Shown piece by piece: positions 9,116 to 18,259 of a DNA stretch of 55,816 bases (the first letter of the stretch is position 1; every line of letters starts with the position of its first letter). Under the pieces are notes generated by a model. That model did no database searches. It saw nothing but the letters and a program-made list of their open reading frames with translations, and was not told the origin of the DNA. Both the position numbers and the translations under genes were made by a program. Where the stretch lies: contig CAYPYX010000005.1 of assembly GCA_964415065.1 (NCBI GenBank), positions 1-55,816 of the forward strand, read 5' to 3'. This stretch comes from an uncultured Rhizobium sp. (lineage in GTDB: Bacteria > Bacteroidota > Bacteroidia > NS11-12g > UBA955).

Positions 9116-10642
9116 ATGGAAAACAATTTAAACGAACAACAATTACTTCGCAGACAATCTCTCGACGAATTACGTGCTTTAGGTATTGAGCCCTATCCCG
9201 CTGAACTGTATCCAGTTAACACGAATTCAGAAGAAATAAAACAGGATTATCCGAATCATCCTGAAAAGTTTCAGCAGGTGGTTATAGCAGGTCGTTTAAT
9301 GACCCGTAGAATTATGGGAAAAGCAGCGTTTGCAGTATTGCAAGACTCTGTAGGAAAAATTCAAATCTATGTAAATCGAGATGAAATTTGTCCTTCTGAG
9401 GATAAAGAATTGTACAATACCGTATTTAAAAAACTTTTTGATATCGGAGATATTATTGGTGTTGAAGGATATGTTTTCACTACTCAAACCGGCGAAATTA
9501 GTGTCCATGTAAAGTCCATAAAATTATTAGCAAAATGTTTGAACCCGTTACCTCTTCCTAAAGAAAAAGACGGAGTAATATTTGATGCATTTACCGATCC
9601 TGAAGCGCGCTACCGAATGCGTTATGTAGATTTGATTGTAAATCCGCAGAATCGCGAAATCTTCTTGAAACGCACTCGGGTTATTCAAAGTTTAAGAAAT
9701 ACCTTTAACGACAAGGGTTACTTAGAAGTTGAAACACCGATTCTTCAAGCTATACACGGGGGTGCAGCTGCACGACCTTTTGAAACTCACCATAATGCCT
9801 TGGATATGCCATTGTATTTGCGAATTGCTAATGAATTGTATTTAAAGCGTTTGATTGTAGGAGGTTTTGACGGTGTTTATGAATTTGCAAAGAACTTTAG
9901 AAACGAAGGAATAGATCGTACCCACAATCCAGAATTTACCGGTTTAGAAATCTATGTGGCTTACAAGGACTATTTCTGGATGATGGATTTTGTTGAGGAA
10001 ATGCTTGAAAAATGTGCCTTAGATGTAAACGGTTCAACCAACGCTATTGTGGGTGAAAATACAATTAGTTTCGCTCGACCCTACCAACGTTTAACCATGG
10101 CAGAAGCTATTCTTAAATATGGTAACTTCAACATAGATGGCAAAACAGAACAAGAGTTGGGTGATTTTGCCAAATCCATTGGTTGTGAAGTAACTACCAA
10201 AATGGGTTATGGTAAATTAATCGATGAAATCTTTAGTGCCACAGCCGAAAAGCATTTAATTCAACCAACATTCATTACCGATTATCCAATTGAGATGAGC
10301 CCGCTAACTAAAAAGCACAGAAGCAAACCTGGCTTGGTGGAGCGTTTTGAACTTTTCGTTAATGGTAAAGAAATTGCTAATGCTTACAGTGAATTAAATG
10401 ATCCTATCGATCAAAAAGAACGATTTGAAGACCAATTGAAATTAGCAGAAAAAGGCGATGACGAAGCTATGGCTATGGACCACGACTTCATCCGAGCTTT
10501 AGAATACGGAATGCCTCCAACTAGCGGTTTGGGAATTGGAATCGACCGATTAACCATGATGTTGACCAATCAAGCTTCCATTCAAGAAGTTTTATTCTTC
10601 CCTCAAATGCGCCCTGAAACCGCATTCCAATCTGGAGAATAG
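9116..10642 (+). CDS. lysS: lysine--tRNA ligase (class II)
   Basis: [28 protein letters not shown] is a typical LysRS N-terminus. An OB-fold region is followed by class II motifs ([25 protein letters not shown]). I moved the start from 9056 to 9116 because of the internal -7 box. Confidence 0.93.
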   Translation: MENNLNEQQLLRRQSLDELRALGIEPYPAELYPVNTNSEEIKQDYPNHPEKFQQVVIAGRLMTRRIMGKAAFAVLQDSVGKIQIYVNRDEICPSEDKELYNTVFKKLFDIGDIIGVEGYVFTTQTGEISVHVKSIKLLAKCLNPLPLPKEKDGVIFDAFTDPEARYRMRYVDLIVNPQNREIFLKRTRVIQSLRNTFNDKGYLEVETPILQAIHGGAAARPFETHHNALDMPLYLRIANELYLKRLIVGGFDGVYEFAKNFRNEGIDRTHNPEFTGLEIYVAYKDYFWMMDFVEEMLEKCALDVNGSTNAIVGENTISFARPYQRLTMAEAILKYGNFNIDGKTEQELGDFAKSIGCEVTTKMGYGKLIDEIFSATAEKHLIQPTFITDYPIEMSPLTKKHRSKPGLVERFELFVNGKEIANAYSELNDPIDQKERFEDQLKLAEKGDDEAMAMDHDFIRALEYGMPPTSGLGIGIDRLTMMLTNQASIQEVLFFPQMRPETAFQSGE

Positions 10643-10684
10643 TATTCCATCCCCAAAAATTCAACTCTAATTGAATCAAAACTC

Positions 10685-10954
10685 ATGCTGGAAATTGGCG
10701 ACGATGAAATTCAAGTGATGAATCGATTGATTCACGCCGAAAAAGTTCAGCATTTGGTCGAAGAAATTTCCTTTCCACAACCGGTAGTAATCGATATTGT
10801 GCGTCAGCTTTTTCACTATCGTTACATTAAGGCAGTAGATGCAAAAAATGCCCAACGTTTAACTATTAACGTAGATGAAATTCTGCAAACTTCCTTTCAA
10901 CTCACGGCCAAAGGTTTTAATGAATTGGAAAACTATACTCCTGGAAAAGGTTAA
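10685..10954 (+). CDS. hypothetical small protein (89 aa)
   Basis: Only an ORF sitting in the 475-bp lysS-gltA gap. I recognise no motif. Confidence 0.35.
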   Translation: MLEIGDDEIQVMNRLIHAEKVQHLVEEISFPQPVVIDIVRQLFHYRYIKAVDAKNAQRLTINVDEILQTSFQLTAKGFNELENYTPGKG

Positions 10955-11057
10955 AATTCTGTCCTTATTTTCGCTATTTCTTTATTTTCTAGAAACCGCA
11001 AAAACAAATGAATAAGTGGTTCATTGTTGAATCCTTTGTTGAAAGTTTTTCAAACCT

Positions 11058-11089
11058 TTTGAAACACAAATTGTTTTAAAGTATATTTG
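11058..11089 (+). promoter_or_regulatory. putative gltA promoter (-33 TTTG at 11058-11061, -7 TATATTTG at 11082-11089)
   Basis: Both Bacteroidota consensus elements are present with a 20-nt spacer, 28 nt upstream of ATG 11118. Confidence 0.55.
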
Positions 11090-11117
11090 CATAGAGCGAA
11101 GAATTAAAGACTTCAAC

Positions 11118-12410
11118 ATGTCAGAAACAGCGAAAATCATTTTAGAGGGTAAAGAGTACGAACTACCAGTAATTCAAGGGTCTGAGGGCGAAAAAGCCAT
11201 TGACATTTCTAACCTCCGCGGTCTAAGTGGATATATTACATTGGACCCTGGATATAAAAATACAGGAGCTACAACCAGCACCATCACTTTTTTGGATGGA
11301 GAATTGGGTGTATTGCGTCATAGAGGATATTCTATCGAAGACTTGGCTGAACACTGCTCTTTCATCGAAGTAACTTATCTTTTATTGCACGGTGAATTGC
11401 CAACCGCTCAACAATTAACCAATTTCGAAAAACAAATCACCGAACACACCCTAGTAAACGAAGGTTTAGAAGGAATGTTTAAAGCTTTCCCAACAGGAAG
11501 TCATCCTATGGGGCAATTAAGCTCCATGATTTCTGCCTTGAGTTTGTTTTATCCAAAATCATTGAATCCCCATCGTGGTGAAGAAGCAATCAATAGAACG
11601 GTATTACGCCTTTTGGCTAAAATGCCAACTATCTGCGCCATGATCTACAAAAAACGCTTAGGTCATCCTATCGTTTATCCAAATAACCGATTAGATTATG
11701 TAACCAACTATTTGAACATGACCTTTGGTCAAGTTTCTGATCCTGATTACACTCCAGATCCAGTTATCGTTCGCGCTATGAATAAACTGCTTATTCTACA
11801 TGCTGACCATGAACAAAACTGTTCTGCGAGCACAGTGCGTGTAGTAGGTTCTTCGCAATCAAACTTATACAGCAGTATTTCAGCAGGTATTAATGCTCTT
11901 TGGGGACCATTGCACGGCGGTGCTAACCAAGAGGTACTTGAAATGCTAGAATTGATTAAAGAAGACGGTGGAGATGTAACCAAGTTTATCAATAAGGCTA
12001 AAGATAAAAATGATCCTTTCCGCTTGATGGGATTTGGTCACAGAGTTTACAAAAACTTCGATCCACGTGCTAAAATTATCAAGAAAGCAGCCGATGAAGT
12101 ATTAGAAAAACTGGGTGTTAATGATCCCGTTTTAGAAATTGCTAAGAAATTAGAGGAAGTAGCATTAAACGATCCTTATTTCATCGATCGTAAATTATTC
12201 CCTAATGTGGATTTCTATTCAGGTATCATTTACCGTGCACTAGGTTTCCCAACTGACTTCTTTACTGTGTTGTTTGCATTAGGTCGATTACCAGGTTGGA
12301 TCAGCCAATGGCAAGAAATGCGTCGCGACAAAGAACCAATCGCTCGTCCTCGTCAGATTTACACTGGAGAACCTCCACGTGCATTTGTTCCTATGGATCA
12401 AAGAAAATAA
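11118..12410 (+). CDS. gltA: citrate synthase
   Basis: 430 aa with signature GFGHRVYKNFDPRA plus HADHEQNCS and LHGGANQEV blocks. Confidence 0.95.
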   Translation: MSETAKIILEGKEYELPVIQGSEGEKAIDISNLRGLSGYITLDPGYKNTGATTSTITFLDGELGVLRHRGYSIEDLAEHCSFIEVTYLLLHGELPTAQQLTNFEKQITEHTLVNEGLEGMFKAFPTGSHPMGQLSSMISALSLFYPKSLNPHRGEEAINRTVLRLLAKMPTICAMIYKKRLGHPIVYPNNRLDYVTNYLNMTFGQVSDPDYTPDPVIVRAMNKLLILHADHEQNCSASTVRVVGSSQSNLYSSISAGINALWGPLHGGANQEVLEMLELIKEDGGDVTKFINKAKDKNDPFRLMGFGHRVYKNFDPRAKIIKKAADEVLEKLGVNDPVLEIAKKLEEVALNDPYFIDRKLFPNVDFYSGIIYRALGFPTDFFTVLFALGRLPGWISQWQEMRRDKEPIARPRQIYTGEPPRAFVPMDQRK

Positions 12411-12444
12411 AAATAACTATTGCTCGAGAAATCGAGCTATAAAT

Positions 12445-12517
12445 AAACTCCTGATGTTGAGAATACTGTCGGTAACATCCTCGATAGTATTACTTTCTTC
12501 ATCAGGAGTTTTTTTTT
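12445..12517 (+). terminator. intrinsic terminator downstream of gltA
   Basis: Outer stem AAACTCCTGATG (12445-12456) pairs with CATCAGGAGTTT (12500-12511). Inner stem AATACTGTCG pairs with CGATAGTATT. A T9 run follows. A second small hairpin GCTCGA-GAAA-TCGAGC lies at 12422-12437. Confidence 0.7.
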
Positions 12518-12615
12518 ATCCATTTTTAATTTCGAATAAAAGTCCCTAAAAAAATCGTTTACCGACAATTTTATATCATTCAACTACATTTTTCATTTCA
12601 GTAATTAAACTCTTC

Positions 12616-12623
12616 TACTTTTG
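12616..12623 (+). promoter_or_regulatory. putative -7 box TACTTTTG
   Basis: Exact TAnnTTTG. It overlaps the TTG that the ORF track used as start (12621) and lies 18 nt upstream of ATG 12642. Confidence 0.5.
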
Positions 12624-12641
12624 CACCTTCAACAGCTACCA

Positions 12642-15002
12642 ATGCACCGTATACACGCAGTTCTGATCACCACCTTTTTGATTTTTACCAATCAAATTTT
12701 AGCTCAAAAAATAACAATTAGTGGATTTATTAAAGATAAGTCCTCCGGAGAAACACTTGCAGGAGCAACTGTACAAGCCCAAAATTCGAAGGAAATTGCA
12801 AAATCTAACAGCTATGGTTTCTATTCCTTATCCTTGTCAACAGGCAAACAAATAATAGAAGTAAATTCAGATGGTTATCAAGAAATAACCATGGATTTAA
12901 ATTTGGAAAAGGATCAAACAATGAATTTTATGCTGGATCCTGCTACTGAGTCCATAGAAGCAGTTGATATCCGTGCAAAAAAGAACGACAATGTTAAAAA
13001 AATAGATATTTCAACACAGAGCATTTCGGGAAAAGTAATCAAAAAAATCCCTGCATTTCTAGGTGAAGCCGATGTAATCAAGAGTATACAACTTTTACCT
13101 GGTGTTACCACAGTCGGCGAAGGTGCTTCTGGTTTTAACGTTCGAGGAGGTGGGATCGATCAAAACTTGGTTTTGATGGACGATGCGCCTGTATTCAATA
13201 GTGCACATTTATTCGGTTTTTTTAGCATTTTTAATCCCGACGCGGTAAAAGATGTACAATTAGTAAAAGGTGGAATTCCCGCTAATTACGGAGGTAGATT
13301 AAGCTCAGTTTTAGATGTAACCACAAAGGATGGTAACAACCAACGTTACCAAGCTAACGGTGGTGTAGGTACCATTTTCAGTCGATTAACTCTAGAAGGT
13401 CCTTTAGTTAAAAATAAAGCAAGCTTTTTAATATCTGGTAGAAGGAGTTATATAGATGTATTGGCTAAACCATTTTTATCCAATGGCTTAGAAGATTCAC
13501 GATTCTATTTCTACGATTTAACAGCCAAAGTAAATTATGCCACTCAGAAAGATAAGTTCTTTTTATCAACTTATATTGGCGATGACCTCTTCTATGCTGC
13601 CAATGCGTTTGGGGTGAAATGGGGAAATAGCACTGCTACTGCTCGTTGGAATCACGTTTACAATAAAAAATGGTTCTCCAATGTAACTTATTATTACAGC
13701 CGGTATCGTTATAACCTTGAATTTACAAACGGAGGAGGCGATCTATCCTTCAATTGGACATCTTATATTTACAACAACAGCTTAAAAGCGGATTTTAAAT
13801 ACTATCAAAATTCCAAAAACGAATGGGGATTTGGAGGAAGCAGTACATACTACACGTTGCGTCCTGGAGATGCTACCGCCACCAATCCTACTCAAGGTGC
13901 TGTTACTTTCTCTTTACCTAATAAATATGCACTTGAGAATGCAGTATATATCACTGAAGATTACAATACCAACGGAAGATTATCTATTCGAGCCGGAATT
14001 CGAATCAGTCAATTTTTATACTTGGGTAAGGGTAATGTATACAGCTATGGAGAACCGTTTGCCGAAGGGCAAAGAAGATTTGTGGATTCCGTTTGGCAAG
14101 CCGATAACAACCAAGTAATTGCTAGCTATATCAATCCTGAACCCCGAATTGGATTTAAATACCAACTTACTAAAAAAGAATCGATTAAAGGAGGTTACAA
14201 TAGAATGGTTCAGAATCTCCATTTGATCTCCAACACCGCTGCTAGTGTTCCGTTTGATGTGTGGACACCATCGACTAATAATATAAAACCTGAAATTGCA
14301 GACCAATATACCATCGGGTATTTTAGAAATTTCCGAATCGGAAAACAAGAATTTGAAAGTTCAATCGAAACTTATTATAAAGACATGCTCAATCAAGTTG
14401 ATTATGTTGATGGAGCGAATCTATTACTGAACCAATATTTAGAAGGTGAGCTAATCAATGGTATTGGAAGAGCTTATGGCTTAGAAATGTACATCAAAAA
14501 GAGTACTGGTAAATTAACGGGATGGATCAGTTACACCCTAGCACGAAGCGAAAGAAAATCCCCCGGAATCAATGATAATGAATGGTATGCCAGCAGATTC
14601 GATCGTCTTCATAACCTGTATGTTGTAGCTCAATACCGCTTCAATGACAAGTGGGATTTTGCTGCTAATTTCGTTTTGAGCTCTGGTACTCCTACCACTT
14701 TTTACACCGGACAATATACCGTTCAGGGTTACACAGCACCCGATGCTGGAACCAACGCCCGAAATAATGTACGGAATCCTGCTTATCACCGTTTAGATTT
14801 GGCAGCAACCTACACCCTCAAGAAAAAAGGAAAATGGGAAAGCAATTGGGTTTTCTCTGTTTATAATGCTTACAGTCGCAGAAATCCTTTCTCTATTTAC
14901 TTCGATACAGATTACCAAAATACAGGCATGAACAAAGCAATTCAATTCAGTGTAATTGGTTCAATCGTACCTGCAGTTTCATACAATTTCAAATGGAATT
15001 AA
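12642..15002 (+). CDS. TonB-dependent receptor with N-terminal CarboxypepD_reg-like domain
   Basis: Signal peptide MHRIHAVLITTFLIFTNQILAQ. CarboxypepD_reg-like ITISGFIKDKSSGETLAGATVQ. Plug blocks GEADVIKSIQLLPGV, FNVRGGGIDQNLVLMDD and GGRLSSVLDV. Ends in an aromatic residue (FKWN). Confidence 0.85.
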   Translation: MHRIHAVLITTFLIFTNQILAQKITISGFIKDKSSGETLAGATVQAQNSKEIAKSNSYGFYSLSLSTGKQIIEVNSDGYQEITMDLNLEKDQTMNFMLDPATESIEAVDIRAKKNDNVKKIDISTQSISGKVIKKIPAFLGEADVIKSIQLLPGVTTVGEGASGFNVRGGGIDQNLVLMDDAPVFNSAHLFGFFSIFNPDAVKDVQLVKGGIPANYGGRLSSVLDVTTKDGNNQRYQANGGVGTIFSRLTLEGPLVKNKASFLISGRRSYIDVLAKPFLSNGLEDSRFYFYDLTAKVNYATQKDKFFLSTYIGDDLFYAANAFGVKWGNSTATARWNHVYNKKWFSNVTYYYSRYRYNLEFTNGGGDLSFNWTSYIYNNSLKADFKYYQNSKNEWGFGGSSTYYTLRPGDATATNPTQGAVTFSLPNKYALENAVYITEDYNTNGRLSIRAGIRISQFLYLGKGNVYSYGEPFAEGQRRFVDSVWQADNNQVIASYINPEPRIGFKYQLTKKESIKGGYNRMVQNLHLISNTAASVPFDVWTPSTNNIKPEIADQYTIGYFRNFRIGKQEFESSIETYYKDMLNQVDYVDGANLLLNQYLEGELINGIGRAYGLEMYIKKSTGKLTGWISYTLARSERKSPGINDNEWYASRFDRLHNLYVVAQYRFNDKWDFAANFVLSSGTPTTFYTGQYTVQGYTAPDAGTNARNNVRNPAYHRLDLAATYTLKKKGKWESNWVFSVYNAYSRRNPFSIYFDTDYQNTGMNKAIQFSVIGSIVPAVSYNFKWN

Positions 15003-15049
15003 TCCCAAATCAAATGAATCAGTTTAAACTAAACAATATCAACCCTTCC

Positions 15050-15952
15050 ATGAAACGCATTAAAAATATATTCATATTTACTTTCTTATTTATTTTCGGG
15101 GGATTCTTTACATCCTGCGAAGATGTAATCGAAGTGAATGTCGAGCAAAAACAAGTAAAGTTAGTCGTGGATGCTTTTGTGAATAATATGGATACTGTTC
15201 AAACCATTCGTTTAACGCAAAGCATCCCTTATTTTGCTACACCTGGTACCGAACCTGCAGTAAAGGATGCAACTGTAATTATAGCCGATACATCCAATTT
15301 TAAAGTATTTCCTTTTGTGCATACCCAAGATGGTATTTATCAATGGAAACCTAACAAAAATACCGGTGATACGTTTGTTGTAGGTCGAAATTACGCATTA
15401 TTGATTATTCAAGGTGGTGATACTTTTGTGAGTGTTTCAAGACTAAATCCAACTGTTTCTAAATTTGATAGCTTAAGAACTGTTCCGCAAGAAGGCAACG
15501 GACCTCCATTTGCTGGACCAGGAAGATATTTGGAAATGTTTGCCGATGATTTACCAGGATATGGCAACTACTATTGGATCAAAACCTTCAGAAACGATAC
15601 GTTTTTAGGTGAGTCATCTGAACTCAATATTTCACAGGATGTTGGTAATAATGGAGGACCAGCTGCTGGGGGATTGTTCATTTATCCAATCCGTTTCCAA
15701 GGTGTAAACCAATTTATTCGTCCTTATCGAGATGGTGAAACAGTAAGAGTTGAGATTCATTCCATTTCAATGGAAACATTTTATTGGTTCCAACTTCTGT
15801 TGAATGAAAGTAATAACGGAGGGTTATTTTCAACACCTCCCGTCAATATCCGATCCAATATCGTTTCACTCAATCGCAATAGCAAACGAGGTTTGGCAGG
15901 ATTTTTCTGCATGAGCGATGTAATTCAGCGAAGCATCATCATTCGAGAGTAA
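15050..15952 (+). CDS. lipoprotein partner of the preceding receptor (DUF4249-like)
   Basis: MKRIKNIFIFTFLFIFGGFFTSC lipobox. Its position directly after a CarboxypepD_reg TonB receptor matches the TBDR+DUF4249 pairing common in Bacteroidota. The family call is from memory of that synteny. Confidence 0.55.
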   Translation: MKRIKNIFIFTFLFIFGGFFTSCEDVIEVNVEQKQVKLVVDAFVNNMDTVQTIRLTQSIPYFATPGTEPAVKDATVIIADTSNFKVFPFVHTQDGIYQWKPNKNTGDTFVVGRNYALLIIQGGDTFVSVSRLNPTVSKFDSLRTVPQEGNGPPFAGPGRYLEMFADDLPGYGNYYWIKTFRNDTFLGESSELNISQDVGNNGGPAAGGLFIYPIRFQGVNQFIRPYRDGETVRVEIHSISMETFYWFQLLLNESNNGGLFSTPPVNIRSNIVSLNRNSKRGLAGFFCMSDVIQRSIIIRE

Positions 15953-16054
15953 AGATTTAATCCCGTTTTGCTGAGGTTCAAACTGATTCGCGGTTTAAAC
16001 TGATTTCTTTTCCCAAGAAACACAAAAAGCTGAACCAATCCGATACTGTACTCA

Positions 16055-18091
16055 CTATACTTCCTGCAACTTCTTCTTCAATACTTCCAATTCATCTCGC
16101 AATCTCGCTGCATCCATGAATTCCAGATTTTTAGCCGCTTTTTGCATGTCTTTTTCCGTTTTCTGAATTGCTTTTTCGAGGGATGTTTTATCCATGTATT
16201 GAAGTACAGGATCCGCTACCAATAGCGCCTCTGCCTCTTCATTGAACTGATAAACTTGTCCCGGATTTTCCACGTGTGCTGCATCTACTACCGATGTTTG
16301 TTGGAAAATTTCCGATTTAGACTTGAGAACCGTTTTGGGAGTGATACCATGATCCAAATTATAAGAAGTTTGTTTCTCTCTTCTTCGATTAGTTTCTTCA
16401 ATGGTTATCTGCATACTTCTAGTCATCTTATCTGCATACATTATTACCTTTCCTCGATCGTTACGAGCAGCACGACCAATGGTTTGAACTAAGCTGGTTA
16501 CAGATCTCAGGAATCCTTCTTTATCCGCATCCATAATTGCCACTAAACTCACCTCTGGTAAATCCAAACCTTCTCTTAATAAATTCACACCCACCAATAC
16601 ATCTATTCCTCCTAAACGTAAATTTCTTAGGATCTCCACCCGGTCTAGTGTTTTTACTTCCGAGTGTATGTAACCGACCTTAATGCCCAATTTTGCCAAA
16701 TATTTAGTTAGCTCTTCGGCCATTCGTTTGGTTAAAGTTGTAACCAACACCCGGTCACCCATGGCAACTCGTTCATCGATTTCACCTATTAAATCATCCA
16801 CTTGCGTATCCAAAGGCCGCACTTCAATTACAGGATCTAACAAGCCTGTTGGTCGAATCAACTGCTCTACAACTACACCTTCTGACTCGCGAATCTCAAA
16901 ATCTGATGGAGTGGCACTCACATAAATAGTTTGGTTTACCATGTTTTGGAATTCCTCAAATTGCAAGGGTCGATTGTCTAATGCAGCAGGCAAGCGAAAT
17001 CCGTACTCAACTAAGTTAATTTTACGACTTCGGTCTCCACCATACATCGCACGTATTTGAGGCATAGTTACATGACTTTCATCAACAACCAGTAAATAAT
17101 CTTTGGGGAAATAATCCAACAAACAAAATGGGCGATCTCCAGGATTTCTGCGATCAAAATATCTAGAATAGTTTTCAATACCATTGCAGTATCCTAATTC
17201 ACGAATCATTTCTAAGTCAAAGTTGACCCGTTCTTCTAATCGTTTAGCTTCTAAATGCCTTCCCTGTTGAATGAAAAATTCCATCTGAAGAACCAAGTCA
17301 TCCTGAATTTCGTGGATCACTTTTTCAAGTCGATCTCGAGGAGAAACATAAATCTGAGCAGGATATATAGCACAATCAATTAGTGAGTCAATCTTTCTAC
17401 CTGTTTCCGGCTCGAAGCTATAGATTTCCTCAATTTCATCCCCAAAGAAAGAGATTCTATAAGCAAAATCATTATAGGCTAAATGCACATCTACAGTGTC
17501 GCCTTTTACACGAAATGTACCTCGTTTGAATTCCATGGTGGTTCTGCTATATAAGCTTTCCACCAAGCGATAAAGCAATTGCTGCCTTGAAATGCGCATC
17601 CCTTCATTCAAGCGGATGATGGTGTTTTCGTAATCCGATGGATTACCAGCACCATAAATGCAACTTACACTCGCCACTACAATTACATCTCTTCTTCCTG
17701 AAAGCAATGTAGACACTGTTTTTAAACGTAATTTTTCAATTTCATCATTGATATTCAGATCTTTTTCAATGTACGTATTGGTGGTTGGTATAAATGCTTC
17801 AGGTTGGTAGTAATCATAATAACTTACAAAATACTCAACTGCATTGTTTGGAAAAAACTGTTTAAACTCACCATACAACTGTGCAACCAATGTTTTATTG
17901 TGACTCAAAACCAAAACGGGTCTCTGTGTTTGTTGAATAACATTGGCAATGGTAAACGTTTTACCTGAACCTGTTACACCCAATAGAGTCTGAACAGGGT
18001 GTCCGCTATTTATTCCTTCTACTAATTGACGAATAGCCTCAGGTTGATCTCCTGTTGGCTGAAATGGTGACACTAACTCAAAATCCGGCAT
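16055..18091 (-). CDS. uvrB: excinuclease ABC subunit B
   Basis: 678 aa. Walker A GVTGSGKT, DESH box (VVDESHVT), helicase motifs and a C-terminal UVR domain (AARLRDEL). Confidence 0.97.
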   Translation of the reverse strand: MPDFELVSPFQPTGDQPEAIRQLVEGINSGHPVQTLLGVTGSGKTFTIANVIQQTQRPVLVLSHNKTLVAQLYGEFKQFFPNNAVEYFVSYYDYYQPEAFIPTTNTYIEKDLNINDEIEKLRLKTVSTLLSGRRDVIVVASVSCIYGAGNPSDYENTIIRLNEGMRISRQQLLYRLVESLYSRTTMEFKRGTFRVKGDTVDVHLAYNDFAYRISFFGDEIEEIYSFEPETGRKIDSLIDCAIYPAQIYVSPRDRLEKVIHEIQDDLVLQMEFFIQQGRHLEAKRLEERVNFDLEMIRELGYCNGIENYSRYFDRRNPGDRPFCLLDYFPKDYLLVVDESHVTMPQIRAMYGGDRSRKINLVEYGFRLPAALDNRPLQFEEFQNMVNQTIYVSATPSDFEIRESEGVVVEQLIRPTGLLDPVIEVRPLDTQVDDLIGEIDERVAMGDRVLVTTLTKRMAEELTKYLAKLGIKVGYIHSEVKTLDRVEILRNLRLGGIDVLVGVNLLREGLDLPEVSLVAIMDADKEGFLRSVTSLVQTIGRAARNDRGKVIMYADKMTRSMQITIEETNRRREKQTSYNLDHGITPKTVLKSKSEIFQQTSVVDAAHVENPGQVYQFNEEAEALLVADPVLQYMDKTSLEKAIQKTEKDMQKAAKNLEFMDAARLRDELEVLKKKLQEV

Positions 18092-18246
18092 ATCTTCTAA
18101 CTCTTATTTAATTCAAACTGTGATTTAAACACAACAAAATGGGTGTTATTTTTGTTTTTATTGTTTGATTTTCAATACTTTAAACAACTTATTTTATTGG
18201 AAATAATTCCTTAAAGTAGGCTTCCAAACATTCTTTCAAAGTTACG

Positions 18247-18254
18247 TATCTTTG
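18247..18254 (+). promoter_or_regulatory. putative -7 box TATCTTTG
   Basis: Exact TAnnTTTG ending 5 nt before ATG 18260. Confidence 0.5.
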
Positions 18255-18259
18255 CAGTA

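Noticed and set aside
15977-16005. Direct repeat TTCAAACTGATT / TTTAAACTGATT (11/12) in the convergent gap before the uvrB 3' end.
   Set aside because: It is too short and AT-rich to be significant alone. I mention it only as a possible relative of the TTAAAACTG motifs at 30216-30576, pending a genome-wide count.
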